Notes: generated by a model from the sequence alone, not told the origin. A stretch of DNA of 64,000 nucleotides from Alphaproteobacteria bacterium (GCA_965221125.1 CBDCRW010000006.1:736001-800000), one strand, 5' to 3'; shown: positions 51,987 to 62,014, numbered from the stretch's first letter. Program-made: numbers and translations.

Positions 51987-52333
51987 CAACGTTGTCGCCG
52001 TGGCCTACCACACCGGCTGCGCTCACGGCCGCGACGGCGTGCCTGAAAGCCGCCCTCGGCGAGGATGACGATGCGACAGCGCAGCGGCTCGGCGCATCCG
52101 CCGCTGCGCTGGTAGAGCGCTACGCGCCGGATGCGCCGCATCCCGTCAAGAACGAAGCGGTGATCCGTTGCGCGGGGTGGCTGCTCGGGGCGCCATCTAA
52201 CGGAGTGCGTCAAGAGGCGGTCGGGCCGCTGAGTGTGGAATACGCGCCTTCGATGTTTTCTGCCCTGCGTCATAGCGGCGCGATGGCGCTGCTCTCGCCG
52301 TTCAAGGTGCGGCGTGCGGGAGCCATTGGCTAA
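51977..52333 (+). CDS. Putative head-tail connector (gp6-like)
   Basis: CLKAALG.DDD...LVERY...AVIRCAGWL...ALLSPFK pattern; position in the head module. Confidence 0.65.
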   Translation: MAVATLSPWPTTPAALTAATACLKAALGEDDDATAQRLGASAAALVERYAPDAPHPVKNEAVIRCAGWLLGAPSNGVRQEAVGPLSVEYAPSMFSALRHSGAMALLSPFKVRRAGAIG

Positions 52334-53397
52334 TGCGTTGGCCTTGGCAGAAGCGAGAGACGCGGGACAGCGGCGGTGACTTCGCCGATGCCGTTGTGCG
52401 GCTGATCGAAGCACGGGCTGCCGGCACGGCTGCGGACGCATCGAGCACGGCGGCGGTCGAGGCGGCAGCGGGAGCGCTGTCTCGCGCGTTTGCGAGTGCC
52501 GAGGTGGTCGCGGAGGCTTGGGTTGCCGAGACCGTCACGCCGGCCGTGCTCGCGCAGATAGGGCGCGACCTGGTGCGCGACGGCGATAGCCTCCACGTCA
52601 TCCGCATGGGCGCGGACGGGGTGGCGAAGCTGATCCCGTGTTCCTCCTGGCATTGGGAGGGTTCGCACGACCCGGCCAGCTGGACCGTGCGAGCGACAGC
52701 CTACGGGCCGTCAACGTCCACGACTTGGAACTTGCCTGTCTCGTCCGTCGTCTTCGTCCGCTGGGGCGGCACACCGGGGCAGCCCTACATAGGGACATCG
52801 CCGCTGTCCTGGGCGCATACGACGGCGCGGCTACAGTCCGAGGCCGAGCGCAGTCTTGCGGACGAGGCCGGCGGGCCGGTCGCCCAGCTGCTCGCCGTGC
52901 CGCAGGACGGCGGTGACGGTGGCGAGGGAGACCCGCTCGCGACCCTCAAAGGCGACCTGGCCGGCGCGCGCGGTAAGGCGCTCCTTATCGAGACCGTGGC
53001 AGCAGCATGGGGCGAAGGCCGGACAGCGGCGCCGCAGCGAGACTGGATTGCGTCTCGCCTCGGGCCAGCGCCGCCGGACGCAATGGTGAAGGTGGCCGAT
53101 GCCGCGTTCGCGCGCGTGCTCGCCGCGTGCGGAGCGTCGCCAAGCCTATTCACTGACGCCGATGGCACGTCGCAGCGGGAGGCGTTGCGGCGCTGGCACC
53201 TTGGCACGGTGCTACCGCTGGCCAAGCTGCTCGAGCACGAGCTGTCGGCGAAGTTTGAAACGCCGGTGCGGCTCACCTTTGACAGCTACCCGAAGGACAT
53301 GGTTTCAAGGGCGCAGGTGTTCGCCAAGCTCATCGCGGCCGAAGGCGTGTCGGTTGAGAAGGCGCTAGAGGTCGCGGGGCTGGTGGACGCCGAGTAG
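52333..53397 (+). CDS. Divergent, short HK97-like portal protein
   Basis: AAVEAAAGALSRAFAS, LVRDGDSLHVI, IGTSPL, LAACGASPSL, TVLPLAKLLEHELSAKF match portal motif order. Confidence 0.7.
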   Translation: MRWPWQKRETRDSGGDFADAVVRLIEARAAGTAADASSTAAVEAAAGALSRAFASAEVVAEAWVAETVTPAVLAQIGRDLVRDGDSLHVIRMGADGVAKLIPCSSWHWEGSHDPASWTVRATAYGPSTSTTWNLPVSSVVFVRWGGTPGQPYIGTSPLSWAHTTARLQSEAERSLADEAGGPVAQLLAVPQDGGDGGEGDPLATLKGDLAGARGKALLIETVAAAWGEGRTAAPQRDWIASRLGPAPPDAMVKVADAAFARVLAACGASPSLFTDADGTSQREALRRWHLGTVLPLAKLLEHELSAKFETPVRLTFDSYPKDMVSRAQVFAKLIAAEGVSVEKALEVAGLVDAE

Positions 53398-53430
53398 GCC
53401 TTTTGCTGCGCTGGTGGCCCGTCGTAAACT

Positions 53431-53484
53431 AAGTCATAACTGAAAAAGGCCTGACCACGGTTTCTCTTATTTATCAATGAATTA
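53431..53484. promoter_or_regulatory. Integrase arm-type site and IHF site of the att region
   Basis: AAGTCATAACTG (53431-53442) also at 37073-37084; TATCAATGAATTA (53472-53484) matches IHF consensus WATCAANNNNTTR. Confidence 0.65.
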
Positions 53485-53495
53485 TGTCATAAGAG

Positions 53496-53570
53496 TGGTG
53501 ACCCCTACGGGAATCGAACCCGTGTCTCCACCTTGAAAGAGTGGTGTCCTAACCTCTAGACGAAGGGGTC
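53496..53570 (-). tRNA. tRNA-Glu(TTC)
   Basis: GACCCCTTCGTCTAGAGGTTAGGACACCACTCTTTCAAGGTGGAGACACGGGTTCGATTCCCGTAGGGGTCACCA folds as a cloverleaf; CCA encoded. Confidence 0.97.
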
Positions 53571-53624
53571 TCTGCCCTAGGCCGCGCTATGTAGCGGGCA
53601 GGGCGCGTCGAAATCAAGGGGCGA

Positions 53625-55427
53625 TCACGGGTCCTCCGCCGGGGGCGCAGGCACGCCGTCGTCGACGTGCAGCTCGACCGCGCGGGCGCCGCGGCGGCGG
53701 TCGAGACGGAGCCGGCCCGCGAGGTGGAAGGGCGCGCCCGTGCCCGCCAGCAGCGCATGGCCCAGCGCATTGTCGGCGGCGCGGAAGGCGATGCCCTTGA
53801 GCCGCTTGCCCGTGCGCCCCGCGAGCTGGCAGCGCACGTGGCCGCGGCCCACGATGTCGGCGCGCCGGAGCTGGGCGCTCGCGATGGCGAAGCGCGGCTC
53901 CGGGTTACCGGCACCGTAGGGGCCCGCCGCCTCCAGCATCTCCAATAAGTCCGCCGTCGCACCCTCGACGCCGAGCGCGCCGTCGAGGCCGATGCTCGGC
54001 GCAAGCGCCGCGTCGTTCGCTACATCGGCGAGGCGGGCGCGCAGGAAGTCGCCAAGCGCCTCCAGCTTCGCATGCTCGACCGTGAAGCCCGCCGCCATCG
54101 GGTGCCCGCCGCCGTTCACCAGCAGGTCCGCCTGCCGCGCCGCGGTGATGGCCGCGCCGATGTCCACGCCCGGCACCGAGCGGCAGGAGGCCTTGCCGAT
54201 GCCGTCCTCCCAGGCGACGACGATGGCGGGCCGGTTGTAGCGCTCCTTCAGCCGGCTCGCGACGATGCCGATGACGCCGGCGTGCCAGCGCTCGTCGTGC
54301 GCCAGCACCAGGGGCGCCGACGAGCGCTCTCCAACGCTGGCCGACTCGACCTGCTCGATGGCCTCCTCCAGCACCGCCTGCTCGATCTGCTGGCGCTCGC
54401 GGTTGAGCGCATCGAGGTGGCGGGCGATCTTCGTCGCCTCGTCCTCATCTGCCGTGGTCATGAGGCGCGCGCCCAAGGAGGCCTCGCCCACACGGCCGCC
54501 GGCGTTGACGCGGGGGCCGAGGATGAAGCCCAGGTGATAGACGCCTGGCGGCTCCTCCAGCCCGGCGACATCGCCGAGCGCCCGGAGCCCCGTGTTGCGG
54601 CGCTGGCGCATCACCGTGAGCCCCTGGCGGACGAAGGCGCGGTTGACGCCGGTGAGCGGCACCACGTCGCAAACGGTGCCGAGCGCCACCAGATCGAGCC
54701 ACTGCAGGAGGTCGGGCTCCGCCCGGTCGCCGCCGTACCAGCCGGCCTCCCTCAGATGCCGGTTGAGGCCGACGACGAGTAGGAAGGCCACGCCCACGGC
54801 GGCGAGCTGGCCGTGCGGGCTCGCGTCATCCAGCCGGTTGGGATCGATCACGGCGCACGCCCGGGGCAGCCGCGCCTCGGCCACGTGGTGGTCGACCACG
54901 ATCACGTCGAGGCCCGCCTCGGCGGCGTCCGCCAGCGCGTCGAAGGCGCTGATCCCGCAGTCGACGGTGACCACGACGCGCACGTCCTGCGCCGCGAGCG
55001 TGCGCATGGCGGTGGCGTTTGGGCCGTAGCCCTCGCGCAGGCGGTCGGGGATGTAGATGGTGGGCGCCTCGGCGACGGCGTCGAGGAAGCGGCTCAGCAG
55101 CGCCGCCGAGGTCGCGCCGTCCACGTCGTAGTCGCCGAAGATGGCGATCTTCTCGCCCGCCTCCAGCGCGCGGGCGAGCCGCGCGATGGCCGTCTCCATG
55201 TCCCGCAGGTGCAGCGGGTCGGGCAGGAGGCGGCGGAGGGTGGGCTCGAGGTAGTCGGGCGCATCTTCAGCCTCAATGCCGCGCGCCGCGAGCACGCGGC
55301 CGACCAGCTCCGGCACCTCGATGGCCTGGGCCAGCGTGAGGCCCGCCATGGCATCGGCGAGCCGCGCACGCCAGCGCTTGCCGAGCAGCGATCGCTCGAC
55401 ACCGAGCATCGCCGCTCCGTCGTTCAT
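53625..55427 (-). CDS. recJ: ssDNA exonuclease RecJ
   Basis: FGDYDVDG, PDRLREGYG, TVDCG, VDHH, GGGHPMAAG. Confidence 0.96.
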   Translation of the reverse strand: MNDGAAMLGVERSLLGKRWRARLADAMAGLTLAQAIEVPELVGRVLAARGIEAEDAPDYLEPTLRRLLPDPLHLRDMETAIARLARALEAGEKIAIFGDYDVDGATSAALLSRFLDAVAEAPTIYIPDRLREGYGPNATAMRTLAAQDVRVVVTVDCGISAFDALADAAEAGLDVIVVDHHVAEARLPRACAVIDPNRLDDASPHGQLAAVGVAFLLVVGLNRHLREAGWYGGDRAEPDLLQWLDLVALGTVCDVVPLTGVNRAFVRQGLTVMRQRRNTGLRALGDVAGLEEPPGVYHLGFILGPRVNAGGRVGEASLGARLMTTADEDEATKIARHLDALNRERQQIEQAVLEEAIEQVESASVGERSSAPLVLAHDERWHAGVIGIVASRLKERYNRPAIVVAWEDGIGKASCRSVPGVDIGAAITAARQADLLVNGGGHPMAAGFTVEHAKLEALGDFLRARLADVANDAALAPSIGLDGALGVEGATADLLEMLEAAGPYGAGNPEPRFAIASAQLRRADIVGRGHVRCQLAGRTGKRLKGIAFRAADNALGHALLAGTGAPFHLAGRLRLDRRRGARAVELHVDDGVPAPPAEDP

Positions 55428-55448
55428 TGCCTCATGCGGGGTGGCGGG

Positions 55449-56435
55449 TCACATGCCCACCCGCTCGGGCGCGCGCGTGAAGTCGTGCTCGGCTTCGATC
55501 ATGCGCAGGGTGCCGGTCTGGGAGCGCATGACCACCGAGCTGGTCCGCGCGCCGTTGGGCAGGCGCGAGACGCCGCGCAGCATGGCGCCGTCGGTCACCC
55601 CGGTCGCGCAGAACATCACGTTGCCGCCGGCGAGCTCGTGCAGGCCGTACTTGCGGGTGAGGTCGGTGACGCCCATCGCCCGCGCGCGCCTCTTCTCGTC
55701 GTCGTTGCGAAAGGCGAGCCGGCCCATCATCTGGCCGCCGATGCAGCGCAGCGCGGCGGCCGCGAGCACGCCCTCCGGCGCGCCGCCGATCCCCATGTAG
55801 ATGTCGACGGTGCGGTTGAGCCGGGTGGTCGCGATCACGCCCGCGACGTCGCCGTCCCGAATGAGCTGGATGCGGGCCTGCGTCTCGCGCACCCTGGCGA
55901 TCAGCTCCTCGTGCCGGGGCCGGTCCAGGATGAGCACGGTGAGCTCGTTCACGTCGCAGGCCTTGGCCTTGGCGAGCTTGGTGAGCGTCGTGGCCGGCGG
56001 GTCGTCGATATCAATCAGCTCGTCCGGCAGCCCGTCGCCGACGGCGATCTTGTCCATGTAGGTGTCGGGCGCGGCGAGGAAGCCGCCTTTCTCCGCCATG
56101 GCGAGCACGGCGAGCGCGTTGGGGCCGCCGGTCGCGCAGATCGTGGTGCCCTCCAGCGGGTCGAGCGCGACATCGAGGCTGGGTCCCCTGCCGGTGCCCA
56201 CGGTCTCGCCGATGTAGAGCATCGGGGCCTCGTCCCGCTCGCCCTCGCCGATTACCACGGTGCCGGCGATGTCGAGCGCATTGAGGCCGCGCCGCATGGC
56301 GTCGACGGCGGCCTGGTCCGCGGCCATCTCGTCGCCCCGGCCGATCAGCCGGGCCGCCGCGCGGGCCGCGGCCTCCGTCACGCGCACCGCATCCAGCGCC
56401 AGGTTGCGGTCGAGGGAGATGACGTCGTCGACCAC
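55449..56435 (-). CDS. glpX: Fructose-1,6-bisphosphatase class II
   Basis: VIGEGERDEAPMLYIGE, DPLEGT, GGAPEGVL. Confidence 0.96.
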   Translation of the reverse strand: MVDDVISLDRNLALDAVRVTEAAARAAARLIGRGDEMAADQAAVDAMRRGLNALDIAGTVVIGEGERDEAPMLYIGETVGTGRGPSLDVALDPLEGTTICATGGPNALAVLAMAEKGGFLAAPDTYMDKIAVGDGLPDELIDIDDPPATTLTKLAKAKACDVNELTVLILDRPRHEELIARVRETQARIQLIRDGDVAGVIATTRLNRTVDIYMGIGGAPEGVLAAAALRCIGGQMMGRLAFRNDDEKRRARAMGVTDLTRKYGLHELAGGNVMFCATGVTDGAMLRGVSRLPNGARTSSVVMRSQTGTLRMIEAEHDFTRAPERVGM

Positions 56436-56444
56436 GGACGCCCC

Positions 56445-57752
56445 CTAGAACGCTTCGATGCGGATCATGCGCGGCGGTTCCAGCACCGTCTCGAGCCGGT
56501 CGATCGCGGCGAGCGCGCGCACGACGGCTGCCTCCTGTGACTCGTGGGTGGTCAGCACCACCGGGACAAGCTCGCCGGGGTTCCGCCCGCGCTGCAGCAT
56601 TGCCTCGACGGAGACCTGCTCGTCGCGCAGGCAGGCGGCGATGCCGGCGATGACGCCCGGCTTGTCCACCACCATGAGCCGAATGTAGTAGGCGCCGACG
56701 TGGTGGTCCATGGGCTTCGCCGAGGGCCGGGGCGTGCCTGGAGCGGCCGCGGGGAAGGCCGGCATGATCGCGCCGCGGGCGATATCGACGAGGTCGGCCA
56801 CCACGGCCGACGCGGTCGGCCCCGCGCCCGCCCCCGGTCCCTCGAAGAGCGCGCTTCCGATCCGGTCGCCTTCCGCCACCACGGCGTTGAAGACGCCATC
56901 GACGCGGGCGATGGGCGCCGCTTCTCGGATCATGCAGGGGTGCACGCGCTGGGTGACGCCGGCCTCGCCGGTGCGGGCTACGCCCAAGAGCTTGACCCGG
57001 TAGCCGAGTTCGATGGCGAAGCCGATGTCGAGCGCGCTGACGTGGCGGATGCCCTCGACGTGGACGGCGTCGTAATCGACCGGGCAGCCGAACACGACGC
57101 TGGTCAGGATCGCGAGCTTGTGCGCGGTATCGACCCCGTCGATGTCGGTGGACGGGTCTGCCTCCGCATAGCCGAGCTCCTGCGCCTCCTGGAGCACGGA
57201 GTCGAAGTCCCGTGCCTGGCCGGCCTGCACGGATTCGTGCATCGCCGTCATGATGTAGTTGCAGGTGCCGTTCAGGATGCCGTAGACGCCGCCGATGCGG
57301 TTGCCCGCGAGGCCCTCGCGGAGCGCCTTGACGATGGGGATGCCGCCGGCGACGGCGGCCTCGTAGCCGAGATGGCGCTCCGCTCGGCGGGCGGCCTCGG
57401 CGAGCGCCGCGCCGTGGTGGGCGAGCAGCGCCTTGTTGGCCGTCACCAGGTGCTTGCCGTTGGCGAGCGCCGCCTCCGAGAGCGCCCGCGCGGTGCCTTC
57501 CGCCCCCCCGATCAGCTCGAGAACGACATCGGCGGCGGGATGGGCCGCGAGCTCACGGGCGTCGTCCCGCCAGTCGAGCCCGTCGAGCGCGACGCCGCGA
57601 TCCTTTCCCTTATCGCGCGCCGAGACCGCGACCACCTCGATCGAGCGCCCGGTCCGTTGCTCCAGCAGCGCGGCGTTGTCGCGCAGCAGCGCCAGCACCC
57701 CGCAGCCGACCGTGCCCAGCCCGGCAATCGCGATACGCAGCGGTTCAGGCAT
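56445..57752 (-). CDS. hom: Homoserine dehydrogenase
   Basis: AGLGTVG, VTANK, EAAVAGGIP, ILNGTCNY, GYAEADP; C-terminal ACT domain. Confidence 0.95.
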   Translation of the reverse strand: MPEPLRIAIAGLGTVGCGVLALLRDNAALLEQRTGRSIEVVAVSARDKGKDRGVALDGLDWRDDARELAAHPAADVVLELIGGAEGTARALSEAALANGKHLVTANKALLAHHGAALAEAARRAERHLGYEAAVAGGIPIVKALREGLAGNRIGGVYGILNGTCNYIMTAMHESVQAGQARDFDSVLQEAQELGYAEADPSTDIDGVDTAHKLAILTSVVFGCPVDYDAVHVEGIRHVSALDIGFAIELGYRVKLLGVARTGEAGVTQRVHPCMIREAAPIARVDGVFNAVVAEGDRIGSALFEGPGAGAGPTASAVVADLVDIARGAIMPAFPAAAPGTPRPSAKPMDHHVGAYYIRLMVVDKPGVIAGIAACLRDEQVSVEAMLQRGRNPGELVPVVLTTHESQEAAVVRALAAIDRLETVLEPPRMIRIEAF

Positions 57753-57949
57753 GGGCGTGTGCTTCTTGAGGCTTCGATCGTGGCGCAAGCGGCGGCCGGC
57801 CGGCCGATCCCTGGCCGGCCGGCGCATAGAGAGAGCGATCGGTCACGATGGAATGGTCGTCCGGGCGGGCAGGATGATTGACGGGCGGCGAGGCACGCCG
57901 GCGGAGGCCGGCGCGCCTTTAGTTCTTGCGTGCGGAACGGCCGCCGCGA

Positions 57950-58390
57950 TCATCCGCCGTTCGCCGCGGCGGGCTCGTCCGTCTCGTCCGCCGGCTGATA
58001 GACGGCGCGCACCTGCGACATCGGCTCTTCCGGGTCCACGCGCGCGCGCAGCTCTTCCGCCGTGTGCTGCGCCTTCTCCCGGTCCGCAACCAGGCCGGCG
58101 GTCAGCGCGGCGCGCTCTTCGGCACTCGACATGGCGGGCGCCTCGTCCGGCACCTCGCTCAACGAGCGGTAAGGCTCGTCGGCGCCGGGCACGCCGCCCT
58201 CGGCACGCATCTCCTCGTCTTCCTCGGCATAGCTGAACAGGTCGCCGATGTAGTCGGTCGTATCCTCGATCGCCGAGCATCCGCCGACGGCGAGGCCGAG
58301 AGCGAGCGGTCCAAGGGCGAGGAGCGTCAGGGGCCGCATCCGCCGCCTGCGAGTCAACTCAGTCGTCTGGGTGGTCTGCGACCGGGACAT
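57950..58390 (-). CDS. Putative lipoprotein
   Basis: Hydrophobic signal followed by lipobox-like VGGC; PGADEPY.SL..VP, GLVADRE. Confidence 0.65.
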   Translation of the reverse strand: MSRSQTTQTTELTRRRRMRPLTLLALGPLALGLAVGGCSAIEDTTDYIGDLFSYAEEDEEMRAEGGVPGADEPYRSLSEVPDEAPAMSSAEERAALTAGLVADREKAQHTAEELRARVDPEEPMSQVRAVYQPADETDEPAAANGG

Positions 58391-58543
58391 AGCGCATTCT
58401 CCTGGGTTGTTGGCGACGTTCGCCGACCGTCGGCGTTGAGAACGATCCGACTCGTTAGTAGCATATACCCTAATCTGATCAATCGCATTCGCGGGCGCCG
58501 GCCGGCCGGCGGGCCGCGGATTCTCACATGGATGCGGCTTGCA

Positions 58544-60337
58544 ATGACTGACGACCCTCCCGCCGCGGACGCGGCGGAAAACGACATGGCTGAGCAGCTC
58601 GCCGCCCTTGCGGCGCAGAGCCAGCGGATGGCTGCACGCTTCCTGAGCGGGGAGCGCGTGGCGGGCGCGGGATCGAACGCCGATCCGCTCAACCTCGCGG
58701 GCGCCTTCGGGGCGATGGCGCGGAGCCTCGCTGCCGACCCTTCGCCGCTGGTCGACGCCCAGATGAAGTGGTGGGACGGCTATCTCCGGCTGTGGCAGCA
58801 GAGCGCGCAGCGCCTGCAGGGGGAGGACCCGGCGGAGCCGGTCGCGGAGCCCGCGCCGGACGACCGGCGCTTTCGCGATCCGGCCTGGACCGAGAACTGG
58901 GTCTTCGATCACCTGAAGCAGTCCTACCTGCTCACCGCGGCCTGCGTTCAGTCGGCGGTGGCGGACGTTCAGGGGCTTGACGAGAAGGACGCCACGAAGC
59001 TCGCCTTTTACAGCCGGCAATTCGTCGACGCGCTGGCGCCCACGAATTTCCTGGCCACCAATCCCACGGCGCTGCGGGAGGCCGCCGAGACGAAAGGCGA
59101 GAGCCTGCTGCGGGGCCTGCGCAACGTGCTCGACGATCTCGAGCGGAACGAGGGCCGGTTCGCGCCGAAGATGTCCGACGAGGGGCACTTCACGCTCGGC
59201 GAGACCATCGCCACCACGGACGGAAAGATCGTCTTCCAGAACGACCTCATGCAGCTGATCCAGTATGCGCCCGGCACGGAGACCGCGTTCCGCCGGCCGC
59301 TCCTCATCGTGCCGCCCTGGATCAACAAGTACTACGTGCTGGATCTAAGGCCGAAGAACTCGTTCGTGAGCTGGGCGGTGTCGAAGGGCTACACGGTCTT
59401 CATGATCTCCTGGGTCAACCCGGACGAGACGCTGGCCGAGAAGACTTTTGAGGACTACATGCTGGAGGGGCCGCTGGCGGCGCTCGATGCCATCGAGCAG
59501 GCGACCGGCGAGCGCGATGTCGCGGCCATCGGCTACTGCCTCGGCGGCACGCTCACGGCGGCGACTCTGGCCTGCCTCGCGGCGCGGGGCGACAAGCGCA
59601 TCAGGAGCGCGACCTTCTTCGCCTCCCTCGTCGACTTCGCCGAGCCCGGTGACCTCGGCGTCTTCATCGACGATGCCCAGATCGAATCGCTCGAGGCCAT
59701 GATGGCGGAGACGGGCTACCTCGACGGCCGCAGCATGGCCGCGACCTTCAGCATGCTGCGCGCCAACGACCTGATCTGGTCGTTCGTCGTCAACAACTAC
59801 CTCCTCGGCCGCGAGCCGATGCCCTTCGACCTGCTGTTCTGGAATTCCGACTCCACGCGGATGCCGGCGGCGATGCACGCCTTCTACCTGCACAAGATGT
59901 ACCGGGAGAACCTGCTCGCCGAGCCGGGCGGCCTGAGCCTCGCCGGCGTCCCCATCGACCTCGGGCGCATCGACATCCCGACCTACATCGTGGCGACGCG
60001 GGAGGACCATATCGCGCCCTGGCAGTCCTGCTACGCCGCATGCGGGCTCTACGGCGGGCAGCGCCGCTTCATCCTCGGCGCCTCCGGCCACATCGCCGGC
60101 ATCATCAATCCGCCTGCAGGCGGCAAGTACGGCTACTGGACCGGGCCGGTGGTGGACGGGCAGGGCGCCGACACCTGGCTCGCCGCTGCCGAACGGCGCG
60201 ACGGCTCCTGGTGGAACGACTGGCACACCTGGCAAAGCAGGCGCACCGGCGGCAAAAAGGTGCCTGCGCGCGTGCCCGGCGCAGGCGGCCTCACACCGAT
60301 CGAGGACGCGCCCGGCTCCTACGTCCTGGCGTCGTGA
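58544..60337 (+). CDS. phaC: Class I PHA synthase
   Basis: DRRFRDPAW, PPWINKYYVLDL, GYCLGG, DHIAPW, SGHIAG, GSWW. Confidence 0.96.
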   Translation: MTDDPPAADAAENDMAEQLAALAAQSQRMAARFLSGERVAGAGSNADPLNLAGAFGAMARSLAADPSPLVDAQMKWWDGYLRLWQQSAQRLQGEDPAEPVAEPAPDDRRFRDPAWTENWVFDHLKQSYLLTAACVQSAVADVQGLDEKDATKLAFYSRQFVDALAPTNFLATNPTALREAAETKGESLLRGLRNVLDDLERNEGRFAPKMSDEGHFTLGETIATTDGKIVFQNDLMQLIQYAPGTETAFRRPLLIVPPWINKYYVLDLRPKNSFVSWAVSKGYTVFMISWVNPDETLAEKTFEDYMLEGPLAALDAIEQATGERDVAAIGYCLGGTLTAATLACLAARGDKRIRSATFFASLVDFAEPGDLGVFIDDAQIESLEAMMAETGYLDGRSMAATFSMLRANDLIWSFVVNNYLLGREPMPFDLLFWNSDSTRMPAAMHAFYLHKMYRENLLAEPGGLSLAGVPIDLGRIDIPTYIVATREDHIAPWQSCYAACGLYGGQRRFILGASGHIAGIINPPAGGKYGYWTGPVVDGQGADTWLAAAERRDGSWWNDWHTWQSRRTGGKKVPARVPGAGGLTPIEDAPGSYVLAS

Positions 60338-60884
60338 GCGCTGGGGCCCGCTGCGGCGGGCCCGACGACGCGCGGTACTCGCCGGCCCGGTTCGCGTAGC
60401 GCCGGGCGATGCTCACGATCGTCTCGCGCTCCGCATTGCTCACCATGCGCACGGCCTTTGCCGGCCGGCCCATCCACATCTCGCCGCTCTTGACCCGCTT
60501 GCCCGGCGTCACCAGTGCGCCGGCGGCGACCCAGGCGCCGGTCTCGACCACGGCATAGTCCATCACCGTGGCGCCCATGCCGATCATGCAGCCATCCTCC
60601 AGCACGCAGGCGTGGAGCAGGCACATGTGGCCCACTACAACGTCCTCGCCGATCAGCGTGGGGCCGTCGGCGGTGGCGGTGTGGACGATCGTGCCGTCCT
60701 GGACGTTGCTGCGCGCGCCCACGCGGATGTGGTTCACGTCGCCCCGCAGGACGCAGTTGAACCAGATGCTCGACTGCGCGCCGAGCACGACATCGCCGAT
60801 CACGTGGCTGCCGGCGGCGACGAAGGCGCTCGGCGCCACGTTGGGCCAGCGGTGGTGGTAGGGGAGCAGCAGGCCGGCGGACAT
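60291..60884 (-). CDS. Gamma carbonic anhydrase family (YrdA/PaaY-like) protein
   Basis: IGDVVLG..SSIWFNCVLRGDVN.IRVG..SNVQDG, VGH..LLH hexapeptide repeats. Confidence 0.9.
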   Translation of the reverse strand: MSAGLLLPYHHRWPNVAPSAFVAAGSHVIGDVVLGAQSSIWFNCVLRGDVNHIRVGARSNVQDGTIVHTATADGPTLIGEDVVVGHMCLLHACVLEDGCMIGMGATVMDYAVVETGAWVAAGALVTPGKRVKSGEMWMGRPAKAVRMVSNAERETIVSIARRYANRAGEYRASSGPPQRAPALTTPGRRSRARPRSV

Positions 60885-60898
60885 TCGCTCCGGCACTC

Positions 60899-61957
60899 CT
60901 ATGGGAACAGCGGCGCCTGCTCGAGCCCGGTCGTCTCCGGCAGGGCGTGTATCAGGTTCATGTTCTGGATCGCCTGGCCGGAGGCACCCTTCACCAGGTT
61001 GTCGATGGCCGAGATCAGGATGGCGCGTCCCTCGATGCGGTCGTCGAAGACCCCGATGAGGCAGTGGTTCGAGCCCCGCACGTGGCGGGTCGCGGGCGCC
61101 GCGCCCTCGGGCAGGACGCGCACGAAGGGCTCGTCCGCGTAGCGCCGGGCAAGCGCCTTGCGCAGGGCATCGGCGCCCTTGGTGGTGCGGACGTAGATCG
61201 TCGCCAGGATGCCCCGGTTCATCGGCATGAGGTGGGGCGTGAAGTTGACCCGCACGTCGCGCCCCGCCGCTGCCGCGAGGCCTTGCTCGATCTCCGGCGC
61301 ATGACGATGGCGGGCGACGCCGTAGGCATGCACGCCCTCGCCGACCTCGGCGAAGAGGCTCCCCTGCTTCGCCTCGCGGCCGGCGCCAGAGACCCCCGAC
61401 TTGGCGTCGATGATGATGTCCTCGCTCTCGATCAGCCCGTCTTCGAGCAGCGGCGCCAGCGGAAGCTGGGAGGCGGTCGGGTAGCAGCCGGGGTTGGCGA
61501 TGAGGCGCGCGCCGCGAATATTGTCCCGCGCAAGCTCGGTCAGCCCGTACACGGCCTCGCCCTGGAGCGCGACGGCGCCGTGCGCCCGCCCGTACCACGC
61601 GGCGTAGACCTCCGGGTCCGCGAGCCGGAAGTCGGCCGAGAGGTCCACCACCTTGAGATGGCCGGGCAGCGCCGCGACGACCTCTTGCGTGGTGCCGTGG
61701 GGCAGGCAGCAGAAGACCGCGTCGAGCGCGTCCCAGGCGGCGTCCCCGATCTTGACGAGGTCGGGGAAGCCCGCGCCGTCGAGGTGGGGAAAGACCGCGC
61801 CGAGCCTCTGGCCCGCGCGCCGCTCGGCGGTGAGCAGACCCACCGAGAAGCCGTCGTGGCCCGCCAGCAGGCGCAGCAGTTCGCCGCCGGTATAGCCGCT
61901 CGCGCCGAGCACGCCCACGCGCGCGGTGTTGCCCGTGCCGGTGGAGGAGGGGCTCAT
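60899..61957 (-). CDS. argC: N-acetyl-gamma-glutamyl-phosphate reductase
   Basis: GASGYTG, DLSADFR, ANPGCYPT, SGVSGAG, DNLVKGASGQA. Confidence 0.96.
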   Translation of the reverse strand: MSPSSTGTGNTARVGVLGASGYTGGELLRLLAGHDGFSVGLLTAERRAGQRLGAVFPHLDGAGFPDLVKIGDAAWDALDAVFCCLPHGTTQEVVAALPGHLKVVDLSADFRLADPEVYAAWYGRAHGAVALQGEAVYGLTELARDNIRGARLIANPGCYPTASQLPLAPLLEDGLIESEDIIIDAKSGVSGAGREAKQGSLFAEVGEGVHAYGVARHRHAPEIEQGLAAAAGRDVRVNFTPHLMPMNRGILATIYVRTTKGADALRKALARRYADEPFVRVLPEGAAPATRHVRGSNHCLIGVFDDRIEGRAILISAIDNLVKGASGQAIQNMNLIHALPETTGLEQAPLFP

Positions 61958-62014
61958 GGGTCGCCTATTGCGGTCGCGAAAGCCGGAGGAAAAGGCGCGC
62001 CGGCAACGCCTGCC

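Larger units (their letters stand above)
36940..53510 (+). mobile_element. Integrated capsid-encoding phage satellite (cf-PICI-like), packaging module defective
   Basis: 15-bp att direct repeats at tRNA-Glu; int, alpA, primase, TerL, HNH, MCP, protease, connector, portal; no tail or lysis genes recognised. Confidence 0.85.

Noticed and set aside
36940-53510. Full prophage or gene transfer agent
   Set aside because: No tail, baseplate or lysis genes between intact att sites; it has its own integrase and primase, unlike RcGTA clusters.
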